A stretch of 64,000 nucleotides of DNA from Eledone cirrhosa. Its lineage: Eukaryota. Below the pieces are notes generated by a model. The model was not told where the DNA came from. It worked only from the letters and a program-made list of their open reading frames with translations, and made no database searches. The stretch spans positions 197,966,001-198,030,000 of the forward strand of contig OZ024741.1 in the NCBI GenBank assembly GCA_964016885.1, in the 5' to 3' direction. Shown here one piece after another: positions 1 to 12,872 of this stretch. The position numbers and the translations under genes were made by a program. Position 1 is the first letter of the stretch. Every line of letters begins with the position of its first letter.

Positions 1-35
1 ATAGTTTTATTGTTCTACAATATTACTCACCTTCT

Positions 36-132
<97 letters not shown>

Positions 133-203
133 TGTGTGTAGAAGGTGAGTTATATATATATAAGAGAGAAATAGGATTTCACTTCAAGCATAGCTTTATA
201 CAA

Positions 204-459
204 TATGTATAAATATTTCGTATCTCCAAAGAAATACGGTTTTAGGAAGCCGTAGCTATGCAAACACCGGGAGGCTAACGCCCTCTGGTGATGTCCAGCA
301 GAAGCAAGGGGGACAACCGTCTATGCATTTCAGGCTTAACTGGCCTTCGGTTGTCTCCCTTGCTTCTGCTGGATATCACCAGAGGGCGTTAGCCACCCGG
401 TGTTTGCATAGCTACGGCTTCCTAAAACCGTATTTCTTTGGAGATACGAAATATTTATG

Positions 460-463
<4 letters not shown>
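204..463. repeat. Foldback inverted repeat (~115 bp arms, ~28 bp spacer)
   Basis: 204-319 is the reverse complement of 348-463 with a few mismatches. Confidence 0.9.
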
Positions 464-507
<44 letters not shown>

Positions 508-626
508 TTTGGATTGGTTTTCGCTTTTGTATCTTTTATCTCTCCATGGTTAATTTATCTGTCAATCAATGTCTATCATTGATTGACGAACGGTTATAAA
601 TACAGGTATGAATATGTATATATAGT

Positions 627-672
627 GTACGAAAGTTCTTTCGTCACACATCTATGACATCATTAGTGGTAC
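627..672 (-). ncRNA. Degenerate minimal type-I hammerhead ribozyme motif (family 1)
   Basis: GUACCA-CUAAUGA-U-GUCAUA gaug UGUGAC-GAAA-GAAC-UU-UCGUAC; core G5 is changed to A. Confidence 0.6.
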
Positions 673-928
673 TATTATGTTTCCTCTCGTTATATTGTAA
701 TGTCTACGCCATTTTTATTTTATTTATTTATTCTTGTCTCTGTCTCTGTTTGCGCATGCATTTGTGAGAGTCTTTTCTCTTTGGTGTTTGTGTTCGTGTT
801 TGAGTCTGTGTTTTTGTATTCTATCTTTGTTCATCAGAGTGTGTTTATGTGTGTTTGTTGTTATTGGACTTGTGTGTTTATTGGACTTGTGTATTTATTT
901 ATATATATAAATATATATATATATATTT

Positions 929-962
<34 letters not shown>

Positions 963-1006
963 AATATATTTTATATATATATATATATATATAAATATAT
1001 ATATTT

Positions 1007-1040
<34 letters not shown>

Positions 1041-1192
1041 AATATATATATATTATATATATATATATATAAATATATATATTATATATATATATATATA
1101 TAAATATATATATTATATATATATATATACAAATATATATATTATATATATAGGAACCAGTAAGACCCCGACAGCTGAGCTCAAGCCGTTTC

Positions 1193-1557
1193 GACCAGTG
1201 TCTGTCCTTAGGGCATCAACATATGTTAACCTTGGTCTTCCTCTTCTAGTGTGTCCATGTAGGGGCTCCCAAAGGAGCACTGAGTGCAATGTCAACTCTG
1301 GATGTCGGTGAGCATGTCCAGCCAACCTCAGTCTCCTCTGACCTTCGTAGAGACCTGAAAATCCGCCTCTTCATTGCTGTAGTGGAGTCTGTGCTGCTGT
1401 ATGGGTCGGAGACTTGGACACTGACCAAGAGACTCACTCAGATGGTGGATGGGTGCTACACGAGAATGCTGAGGATGGCTCTGAACATTAATCAGTATAC
1501 ACTGAGGATGAAAAACTCAGAGCTGTATGGGAGCATCCCAAAAGTCAGCTCAAAAGT
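1193..1557 (-). mobile_element. RTE LINE fragment with 5' inversion
   Basis: 1340-1557 matches 9456-9673 directly; 1193-1339 matches 9679-9825 inverted. Confidence 0.9.
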
Positions 1558-1619
1558 ATATATATATATTATATGATAAAGAAGACAAGAGCGTCTACAA
1601 CATCAAAAGATTTTTATTG

Positions 1620-1665
1620 GCTTACGATGTTTCTTCCTTACGTAACCGTAGGATTCGTCAGAGCT
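1620..1665 (-). ncRNA. Minimal hammerhead ribozyme motif (family 2)
   Basis: GCU-CUGACGA-AUCCUACG guua CGUAAGGAA-GAAA-C auc G-UA-AGC; GUA triplet. The base of stem II is A.A and stem I is only 3 bp. Confidence 0.6.
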
Positions 1666-2180
1666 ATAAAAGGGGTTTGATTGGTGTTATGCACTCTACC
1701 AACCAAACATTCAAGAACAAAGAGTAAAGAGAGTAAAGAGCAAAAGTAGGGGACGATAAGTCTAATTTTGGTGCGGGAGGGTGGGGTGTGGGTCCTTGTT
1801 TACTAGCTGCGGTCATATTCATTCCCGGGAATCGAGTGGTTAGCTGAACCATAGATGGGGTGGCGTCGATAGTATGGTGCAGAGGGTGCGCAGAGGCTAC
1901 ACAAACACAAAGGGCATACAATATATATATTGTTTGTGTAGCCTATGCACACCCTCTGCACCATACTATCGACGCCACCCCATCTATGGTTCAGCTAACC
2001 ACCCGACTCCCGGGAATCAATATGACCGCAGCTAGTAAACAAGGACCAACACCCCACCCTCCCGCACCAAAATTAGACTTATCGTCCCCTACTTTTGCTC
2101 TTTACTCTCTTTACTCTTTGTTCTTGGGTGTTTGGGTGTTTGGTTGGTAGAGTCCATAACACCAATCAAACCCCTTTTAT

Positions 2181-2228
2181 AGCTCTGATGAATCCTACGG
2201 TTACACGTAAGGAAGAAACATTGTTAGC
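2181..2228 (+). ncRNA. Minimal hammerhead ribozyme motif (family 2, inverted copy)
   Basis: GCU-CUGAUGA-AUCCUACG guuaca CGUAAGGAA-GAAA-C auu G-UU-AGC. Confidence 0.6.
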
Positions 2229-2291
2229 CAATAAAAATCTTTTGATGTTGTAGACGCTCTTGTGTTCTTTTTCATATATATAAAATATATA

Positions 2292-2376
<85 letters not shown>

Positions 2377-2382
2377 TATATT

Positions 2383-2413
<31 letters not shown>

Positions 2414-2426
2414 TATATTTATATAT

Positions 2427-2487
2427 ATAGGAACAAGTAAGAACCCGACGGCTGAGCTCAAGCCGTCGGAGTCTTACTTGTTCCTAT
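2427..2487. repeat. Short GC-rich hairpin element; truncated direct copy at 1150-1190
   Basis: ataggaacaagtaaga..cgacggct gagctc aagccgtcg..tcttacttgttcctat is self-complementary. Confidence 0.85.
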
Positions 2488-2615
2488 TACCCACTCTACT
2501 ACCCTAAGTATTGAGTACTTTGGTGCGTTATGGTCCACCTGGTTCCTTACCACATTTCCTTCGTTATTTATATATATATATATATAAAATATATATATAT
2601 TTATATATATATATA

Positions 2616-2744
2616 TAAAATATTTAAAAAATAATGAATAAAACAATGAAACAGTTCCTTATATTAAACAAAAAAAGTGAACTTTTTTTGTTTAATATAA
2701 GGAACTGTTTCATTGTTTTATTCATTATTTTTTTAATATTTTAT
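2616..2744. repeat. Near-perfect AT-rich palindrome (~63 bp arms, 2 nt loop)
   Basis: ...gaaacagttccttatattaaacaaaaaaagt-ga-actttttttgtttaatataaggaactgtttc... Confidence 0.92.
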
Positions 2745-2875
2745 CTTGACTCTGTATTCCGTTTATCTTTCACCAAAAGTGATTTTTCATTGCATCTCTT
2801 CTTTCCATGATATCCGGATTACATTGAGTTCTTCATACGGATTGGACACTACCGTAAACTCTTGGTAGATTTATC

Positions 2876-2929
<54 letters not shown>

Positions 2930-3139
2930 AATAAATACACAAGTCCAATAACAACAAACACACATAAACACACTCTGGTGAACAAAGATAGAATACAAAA
3001 ACACAGACTCAAACACGAACACAAACACCAAAGAGAAAAGACTCTCACAAATGCATGCGTAAACAAAGACAGAGACAAGAATAAATAAATAAAATAAAAA
3101 TGGCGTAGACATTACAATATAACGAGAGGAAACATAATA

Positions 3140-3185
3140 GTACCACTCATGATGTCACAGATGTGTGTCGAAAGAACTTTCGTAC
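3140..3185 (+). ncRNA. Degenerate minimal type-I hammerhead ribozyme motif (family 1, inverted copy)
   Basis: GUACCA-CUCAUGA-U-GUCACA gaug UGUGUC-GAAA-GAAC-UU-UCGUAC; core G5 is changed to C. Confidence 0.6.
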
Positions 3186-3348
3186 ACTATATATACATAT
3201 TCATACCTGTATTTATAACCGTTCTTCAATCAATGATAGACATTGATTGACAGATAAATTAACCATGGAGTGATACAAGATACAAAAGCGAAAACCAATC
3301 CAAACCAATATATATATATATGTATGTATAAATATTTCGTATCTCCAA

Positions 3349-4675
<1,327 letters not shown>

Positions 4676-4706
4676 CAGATCAAAAGATGGTTAAATGAGT
4701 TCCATG

Positions 4707-4777
4707 TATTTTATTATGCTCATTTGAAAAACAAATATCATCATGCAATAACATTTGTGTTTTCATCAGATAAAATA
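4707..4777 (-). ncRNA. Hammerhead motif family 3, core-mutated copy
   Basis: Same as 6537-6607 but GAAA>CAAA and UGCGCA>UGAGCA. Confidence 0.55.
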
Positions 4778-5929
4778 GGAAGACATGATATGAAGGTTAA
4801 AAACACTAGTGGATAGTGCAGTTTTAAATCAATATATGAAAAGTAGTTTTAGATTGATGTGTGATATTGGGGAAAAAAATTTTTTGAGGGGGGGGGGATG
4901 AAAAAGAGAAGGAGATGAGAGTAAAAAGTGGAGGGGGGGGAGTATAATGAGGAAGGATGAGATTGGAGGAGAGATGGGTGATAGAGAGAGAGAGATAGCT
5001 TTTATAACTGAGAAAAATATATTGTTTTACCTAGAGAGGTTGAAAAACCGTTGGAAGATAATGTATAAATTAAAAGAATTTGAAAATTAACGAAGAGAAA
5101 AATAATGTAAGGTTAAGGTTTGTATATTGAAGGGTTTAATAATAGAACAGTGAGAAAAGGTACAGATTAGGGGTTAGAAATTAAAAGAAAAAGAAAAGAA
5201 AAGGAAAAGGAAGAAAGGGAAGTGATAAATAAGAGTGATATAGAATTAGTAACAAGTATTATATAATGTATAATAAATAACTTTGAAATAAGGTAGAAAG
5301 ATGGGTATATTTTTAAAGAAGTATATATATATATGTGCCTTTGAGAAAAGGATTCGGAATTGATAAAGTTTAGGATATTAGTTGTATACTTTATGGAAAG
5401 TTCTGTGGAATTTATGCAAGCAGATAGAAAACAAGTCTGACTTGTTTTCTATCTGCTTGCATAAATTCCACAGAACTTTCCATAAAGTATACAGCTAATA
5501 TCCTAAACTTTATCAATTCAGAATCCTTTTCTCAAAGGCACATATATATATATATATACTTCTTTAAAAATATACCCATCTTTCTACCTTATTTCAAAGT
5601 TATTTATTATACATTATATAATACTTGTTACTCATTCTATATCACTCCTATTTATCACTTCCCTTTCTTCCTTTTCCTTTTCTTTTCTTTTTCTTTTAAT
5701 TTATAACCCCTAATCTGTACCTTTTCTCACTGTGCCTAACATAGAAACAATTATTACACAATACAATATATTCTTACTTTATATCAACTTGAAAAAATCC
5801 TTCGTAAACATAAACATTTTTTTGACGTTAGATTATTCATCCTCTATTCATAATTTTTTCTCCCTTTCATCTAACTTACTCATGCTCATCTCACAATATA
5901 TCCTTACTTACATTACTTTTGTTTTTTTA

Positions 5930-6165
5930 ATAATACATATCAACATTTTCTTTCCATCGCACATATTATTAAACCCTTAAATATTATTCTTAATACATAT
6001 TAACAATTTCTTTTCATCGCACATATTATTAAACCCTTCAATATTATTCTTAATACATATTAACATTTTCTTTCCATCGCACATATTATTAAACCCTTAA
6101 ATATTATTCTTAATACATATTAACAATTTCTTTTCATCGCACATATTATTAAACCCTTCAATATA
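5930..6165 (+). repeat. 60-bp tandem repeat (4 units; 3 units in the copy at ~15245-15415)
   Basis: Unit taatacatat(t/c)aacattttctttccatcgcacatattattaaacccttaaatattattct. Confidence 0.9.
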
Positions 6166-6536
6166 CAAACCTTAACTTTACATTATTTTTCTCTTCGTTA
6201 ATTTTCAAATTCTTTTAATTTATACATTATCTTCCAACGGTTTTTCAACCTCTCTATGTAAAGCAATATATTTTTCTCAGTTATAAAAGCTATATCTCTC
6301 TCTCTCTCTATCACCCATCTCTCCTCCTATCTCATCCTTCCTCATTATACTCCTCCCCCTCCTCTTTTTACTCTCATCTCCTCCTCTTTTTCATCCTCCC
6401 CCCCCCTCACCCCCCTCCCCCCCCCCTCAAAAAATTTGTTTATCCAATATCACACATCAATCTAAAACTAGTTTTCATATTTTGATTTAAAACTGCACTA
6501 TCCACAAGTGTTTTTAACCTTCATATCATGTCTTCC

Positions 6537-6607
6537 TATTTTATCTGATGAAAACACAAATGTTATTGCATGATGATATTTGTTTTTGAAATGCGCATAA
6601 TAAAATA
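6537..6607 (+). ncRNA. Type-I hammerhead ribozyme motif with intact core (family 3)
   Basis: Stem I UAUUUUAU/AUAAAAUA, CUGAUGA (6545-6551), long AU-rich stem II, GAAA (6588-6591), palindromic stem III A-UGCGCA-U, AUA triplet. Confidence 0.8.
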
Positions 6608-6795
6608 CATGGAACTCATTTAACCATCTTTTGATCTTATATATTATGTATACTCCAGTCCTACAAACTGTAGAGTGCTTCTTATCCGATATCTGCATTG
6701 CTTTATTGTACTACAATAAAACTCACCTCCTACATATTATATATATATATATATATAATATATATATATATATTATATATATATTATATATATAT

Positions 6796-6827
<32 letters not shown>

Positions 6828-6868
6828 ATATTATATATATATGTTATATATATATATATATTATATAT

Positions 6869-6900
<32 letters not shown>

Positions 6901-6938
6901 ATTATATATATATTATATATATATATATTATATATATA

Positions 6939-9930
6939 TCAGCTGTCTCTGAGACAAATATAAAGAATGCAGTTCTGTCCTGCAGAAGAGCCATCAAAAT
7001 GGGCACTTTGAATGTGAGGACTATTCGGACGCTGGAGAAGAGAGAGGAGTTGGGACATATGTTCGAGGAGAGTGGTATGCAGATACTTGCGATCCAAGAA
7101 CACAGGATTCTACATGATGAGCCTGTGAGGAGTGTGATGATAGGGAGGAAGAGCCAGCTCATCACTACATCGGCAGTGAAGAACACAACAAATGCTGCAG
7201 TAGGAGGAGTCGGTTTTGTGTTCAGTGCAGGAACCAATCTGTTGGTGAGGGAAATAATGCCTATCTCCCCGCGAGTGTTGAGGGTGACTTTCAATGGAAA
7301 CCCAAGACTGACAGACATCTCAGCCTATAGTCCAACCGAGGGAGACAGTGATGTGAGTGCGGAAGAGTTCCATGAAGAGGTGTGTAGAGCTGTCAACACC
7401 ACTCAGGCACACAATATCCTGCTTGTTTTGGGGGACTTCAATGCACATCTGAGTAGGGAGGGCAGTGAAGATCCTTGCTGGTACTTCCATAACAACACCA
7501 ACCGAAATGGAAGACTACTGAGAGACACCCTGCTGGAGGCGAACTTGATAGCGACCAACCAAAGGTTTAGGAAGAATCCGGGGAAGATGTGGACCTACAT
7601 TTCAGATATGCACCTGTCCAAGTCCCAGATTGATTTCATTCTGGTGAGGAAAAAGTGGCGGAATAGTGTTCTGAACGTGGAACCATACAGCTATTTCAGT
7701 ACACTGGGTAGTGACCACCGGCTTGTTATGAGTGAGGTCCGGGTGAGCTTAAGAAAGAGCAAGGCTCGGCCCCGGAGAACAATCTATGACTGGGGAACTT
7801 TCAAGGAAGATGATAAGCTACAGGAGAGGTTCACAATGGAAGTGAGAAACAGGTTTAGTGCTCTGTGTGGAGAGTCGGAGGAGAGAGAGATTGGATGGAC
7901 TGAGGAGAGTGTGACGAGGAGGTACGGGCACTTCACCAATGCAGTGGCGGAAGCAAGTGAAACCCTGGTGCTGAGGAAAAAGAACAAAGCGAAGCACGTC
8001 AGTTCTGCAAACCCAAAAGTGTGTGCAGCCAGAGAACACCTGAAAGCTGCCAAGGACCATTTCTATGCTGATCCTACGGAGGAGAGGATGGAGATTGTGG
8101 AGGTGATGAGGGAAGAGCTCTGTACCGCTTACACTGAGGTCAGAGAAGAGGCACTGATAGAGAAGATCAGAAGTGTGGAGAGAGCGGTTGACAGATCTGG
8201 ATGTAAGGAGAGCTGGGTGATCATCAACGAGATCACAGGGAGGAAGAGAAGGTGTTCGAGTCAGATCCAGGGAACGGGGCACGAGGATGGGAAGAGGAAA
8301 TGGCTAGACCATTTTAGGACGCTACTAGGAGAGCCACCCTCCACAGCCCAGAGCACTGGGGAGATCAGGCGGCTGTTTGAGGAACTGGATGTTGAGACAG
8401 AGCCCTTCACCAGAGAGGAGCTTCAGAGAGCCAAGAAGAGGATCAAGGAGGGCAAGGCTCATGGAGAAGATGGATTGGCATCAGAGGTGATGAAGAGGTG
8501 TGATTTTGATGTTATCATCCTGGGGTTCTGTAACGGGTCACTGGAGAAAGGAGTTGCCCCGAATCAGTGGAGGATCAGTAACATCGTCCCAGTGCCAAAG
8601 AAGGGAGATCTCTCTAACACCAACAACTACCGGGGGATCTCACTGACGTCACTTGTGGCAAAGACCCTCAACAGGATGATTCTTAACAGGATCCAGCCTG
8701 AGATGGAGAAGAAGCTCAGGGACAACCAGAACGGCTTCAGAGAGGGTAGATCAACCACCAGTCACATCCTGATGCTGAGGAGGATATTAGAGGGAGCTAG
8801 AGCAAAGTGCCTTCCTGCGGTCATGGTTTTCATTGACTTTAAGAAGGCCTTTGATTCTGTGGACCGTTACTGCCTGATGAAGATCTTATAGGCTTATGGA
8901 ATCCCCAAGAAGATAGTGGACCTGATATCACTGCTCTACACCAACACCAAAGCCCAAGTCATTACACCTGATGGGATGACAGAGTTCTTTGAGATACTGG
9001 CTGGAGTGCTCCAGGGAGATACATAGGCTCCATACCTTTTAATCATCGTAGTGGACTATTGTATGCGCCTTGCACTGGAGAAACACCAGGACTCTGGCTT
9101 TACTGTAGCACCGGCTCAGAGCAGGTGAGTTAGGGCGAAAAAGGTATCGGATGCTGAATTTGCCGACGACATAGTTTTGGTGACAAATACAGTGAAGGAG
9201 GCAGAGGATTTGATGCGGGAAGTTGAGACTGTGTCGATGAGTGTGGGGCTGAGAATGAATGAGACTAAAACAAAATATCTGGTAGAGAATGTTGAGAAGC
9301 CAGAGGGGATCACTAATGTAGGAGGGAAGCCGCTAGAATTGGTTGAGGGCTTCCTGTATTTGGGAGCAAAGATTGGGAATACGGAAGATGATGTGGTTGA
9401 GAGGAAGAGAAAGGCCTCGGCGGCGTGCCACAGCTTGAGATCGGTGTGGAAGTCGGACCTTCATAGAGATCTGAAAATCCGCCTCTTCATTGCAGTAGTG
9501 GAGTCTGTGCTGCTGTATGGGTCTGAGACTTGGACACTGACCAAGAAACTCACTCAGATGGTGGATGGGTGCTACACGAGAATGCTGATGATGGCTCTGA
9601 ACATTAATCAGTATACACTGAGGATGAAAAACTCAGAGATGTATGGGAGCATCCCAAAAGTCAGCTCAAAAGTGACACAGAGGAGACTGAGGTTAGCTGG
9701 ACATGCTCACCAACATCCAGAGTTGACATTGCACTCAGTGCTCCTTTGGGAGCCCCTACATGGACACACTAGAAGAGGAAGACTAAGGTTAACGTATGTT
9801 GATGCCCTAAGGACAGACACTGGTCTGTTGGAGACGCAGGACATGGCAGCGATAATGAGGGACAGAGACCGCTGGAGAGAACTCGTCCATGGATCTCGGG
9901 AATTTTACCCGCCTTAGATAGATAGATATA
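6939..9930 (+). mobile_element. RTE-clade non-LTR retrotransposon, near-complete coding region, (GATA)n tail, inserted in (TA)n
   Basis: APE endonuclease (GTLNVRT, IQEH, GDFNA, IDFIL, SDH), RT (NYRGISL, QNGFREGRST, FIDFKKAFDS, GVLQGD, FADD at 9159-9170), C-terminal LAGH...GR motif. Confidence 0.93.
6999..9917 (+). pseudogene. RTE APE-RT polyprotein, single frame with three in-frame stops
   Basis: ORFs 6999-8891 and 9177-9917 share a frame; stops at 8889 (TAG), 9024 (TAG) and 9126 (TGA). Confidence 0.9.
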
Positions 9931-10159
9931 TATATTATATATATATACATATATTATATATATATATATTATATATATATATTATACATATATATATTGT
10001 TATACTTTGGGAGGGTCATGTTGCCAATAAGAAACACACGCACCAGTTGCTTTCACTTCAATTTATTATATATTTATAAATTTATAAATTTACAAATCTA
10101 CAAACTTATAAATTTCTGGTCGGTTGGTTGGTTCCACAACCAGATAGTTGTTTATATAT

Positions 10160-10204
10160 AGTCATAGTCCTTTCGTCACACACTCTGTGACCTCTTCAGT
10201 GACT
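10160..10204 (-). ncRNA. Minimal type-I hammerhead ribozyme with intact core (family 4) in the PLE pseudo-LTR
   Basis: AGUCA-CUGAAGA-G-GUCACA gagug UGUGAC-GAAA-G ga C-UA-UGACU. Stems I and II pair perfectly; predicted cut is between 10165 and 10164. Confidence 0.85.
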
Positions 10205-10247
10205 GGGGATTCCTTTCTTTGTTTCTGTGCCTTTCCTTTCTTCTATC

Positions 10248-11933
10248 CTACGCCATTTTGTTTCTACATTGTCCTTCAGTACATCTTATGCTATACATTA
10301 CATTTCTAGTTTTACAGTTAATATGGGGGCTTATTTTACAGGTTATACATTTCTTATCTATACATGAGGTTCTTTGAAAAGGGTATGTCTTGCTAATAAG
10401 TGTTTTTACGGAGGTACCTGGTTTTTCTACTATCTTAATATTGAGTTTATGTTTATTTAGGGCCCTTCTAAATTTGTAGGCTAGTTCGCCTCTAGGGGTT
10501 GTATCGATGAACATTACACTCTGGTATTTATTGTTATCATACCATGAGTTTATTCTATTAGCCTTGTTCCTAGTTCTTTCTATTCTATTCCAAAATTTGC
10601 TCCTATACAAGGGGCAGGTCCCATTTATGTCATTATTTACCATTTTTTCTCATTTGGTTCTGGCTCCTCTATACACTCTGATTCTATCTCTCTGATTGTA
10701 GCCAGAGAACTGCATACGGTGGATGAAGTGTTGTATGTGTCTCTCTAGTTCTTCGGGGTTGCACATGCGGGACACATTTCTCATCACACGTACCAAATCC
10801 GCAATCAGTATGTTGATTTTGGTATGGTCCGAAATGGCCGAGTTTCGGTGGATCAGATGTTTGGAAGTCATGGGTTTGGCATAATGGGAATGGAGGATTT
10901 GTTTTTGGTTGTTAATGGTATCTAACCAGAGCTCTGTGTCTAGTACAGATAATCGATGGTTGGGGTGTCTACTTGGGTAGTCTATAGTAACTCTAATGCT
11001 CTGGTGGATGGAGTTTGCTATTTGCTGGATGCTTTCCATTGTGTTTTTCTCTAGTTTCTGACTGTTCTCTAGTGGGTGTGTCTTAACTACGATGTTTATA
11101 TCATCTACGTAGCGGGAGTACATTATCAGGGTTAAGCTGTCTTCTAATTGTTCTTTAAGTTTAAGTTTAAGTCTACTGTCCCACCATACCATGAATAAGT
11201 TAGCTATGTCGCCTGCAATGCTAACACCAATGGCTGCTCCTTCCTCTTGGGCATATGTTTTTCCATTAAATTTGAACATATGTTCCTTAAGGGTTAGATT
11301 TATGCTGGCCCCTACCGCATGTGCAATCATTTTCTTCAGTTCATCGTGGTTTTCGGGTGTCCGTATGGCTCTGGTCCACCCGTTCCATCTATCTGTGTGG
11401 GTTTTCTTGGCCATTGAGGTAATGGTAGGTGGTCTGCCTCTTGCTGGTCTTGTAGGGCACAGGTTGCTAAGGTCATATGTGTCTAGGTAACTATTACTAT
11501 AGGTAAGCTTAAGTAGAAGGCCCAGCTCACTGGTATCAATCCCACGGAACTCAACCTTGCTCTCACTGATCATTTCTACGCATTTCTCCACAGCAAAATC
11601 CACGTCAATAGATGGATACAGGGACACAACATCCATACTGCCTATTATGCAGTTTGTTAGGTCCCCAGATCGGTTACCCACGCCGATTCTGCTGAGGAGG
11701 TCCTCCGTGCTGTCACATACATCTGGGGACATTTCAATGATAGGGCGTATGATCAGGGAGAGGAAGTAGGACAGTCTGTAGTTGCTAGCAATGTTAGCTC
11801 CACAGACCGGCCGTGTTGGTGGTCCCGCGACAGGGTCACAGCCCGTTTTATGGTCTTTTCGAAGCCCGTACAACGCCGGCACGTCATTGTTCCAGGCCTG
11901 GAAGTTGTTGGCAGTCCTTTTGTTGGGCTGCAT
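10248..11933 (-). pseudogene. Penelope-like reverse transcriptase plus truncated GIY-YIG endonuclease
   Basis: ORFs 10650-11933 and 10248-10643 are in frame, separated by one TGA (10650-10652). The YIG half of the nuclease is missing. Confidence 0.88.
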
Positions 11934-12235
11934 TATATTCGTCTACATCACCATATGGACATTGAGGGCCTTTTCTCTATCCTCATGCTCCTGTGGTGTT
12001 ACCTCTCTTGTGTTAGTGATGTGGGGTTGCATTGCCTGGATGTAGTTTGGCAGGCTGTCAACCGACATTCTGCCAGACTATATATAAACAACTATCTGGT
12101 TGTGGAACCAACCAACCAACCAGAAATATATAAATTTATAAATTTGTAAATTTATAAATATATAATAAATTGAAGTGAAAGCAACTGGTGCGTGTGTTTC
12201 TTATTGGTAACATGACCCTCCCAAAGTATAACAAT

Positions 12236-12429
12236 ATTATATATATATTATATATATATATTATATATATATTATTTATATATATATATATTATATATAA
12301 ATATATATATATATTATATATATATTATATATATATTATATATATATTATATATATATTATATATATATTATATATATATATATTATATATATATATTAT
12401 ATATATATATATATATTATATATATATAT

Positions 12430-12460
<31 letters not shown>

Positions 12461-12837
12461 ATATATATATTATATATATATATATTATATTATATATATA
12501 TTATATATATATATTATATTATATATATATTATATATATATTATATTATATATATATTATATTTATATATGATATTATATTATATAATATATGTATTATA
12601 TATATATTATATATATATTATATATATATATTATATATATATTATATATATATTATATATTATATATATATTATATATTATATATATATTATATATTATA
12701 TATATATTATATATATATTATATATTATATATATATTATATATTATATATATATTATATATACATATTATATATATATTATATATATATTATATATATAT
12801 TATATATATATATATTATATATAAATTATATATATAT

Positions 12838-12872
<35 letters not shown>

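Larger units (their letters stand above)
1573..2275. repeat. Foldback element with ~330-350 bp arms, hammerhead-bearing (Penelope pseudo-LTR-like)
   Basis: 1573-1907 is the reverse complement of ~1930-2275, with a short TA-containing centre near 1908-1930. Confidence 0.9.
438..3348. repeat. Large inverted repeat pair (438-~905 and ~2920-3348), pseudo-LTR-like, enclosing further nested elements
   Basis: 505-905 (attggtttggattggttttcgc...ggacttgtgtattt) matches the reverse complement of 2930-3310. Homology extends across a TA tract into 438-463 / 3323-3348. Confidence 0.88.
4678..6636. mobile_element. Foldback of the 3' region/pseudo-LTR of the Penelope-like family at 14174-15872
   Basis: Arms 4678-5437 and 5439-6636 meet at acaagtc-t-gacttgt (1 nt loop at 5438). 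The right arm is colinear with 14774-15872, and the left arm lacks ~410 bp. Confidence 0.9.
9997..12235 (-). mobile_element. Penelope-like element, 5'-truncated, with 3' pseudo-LTR and inverted partial pseudo-LTR at its 5' end
   Basis: PLE RT (LYGLRKDHK, PPTRPVC, GSMDVVSLYPSI, YAQEEGAAIG, YSRYVDD, LDTELW). Cys-rich linker leads into the start of a GIY-YIG domain (VMYSIRC). 12076-12235 is the reverse complement of 9997-10163. Confidence 0.92.

Noticed and set aside
5930-6165. Regular 60-bp repeats as a CRISPR-like array
   Set aside because: No unique spacers; eukaryotic tandem repeat inside a PLE 3' region.
10650-10652. In-frame TGA in the PLE ORF as selenocysteine (as reported for some Naiad PLEs)
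   Set aside because: Single stop outside a Cys motif, no SECIS recognised, and the element is truncated; a nonsense mutation is simpler.
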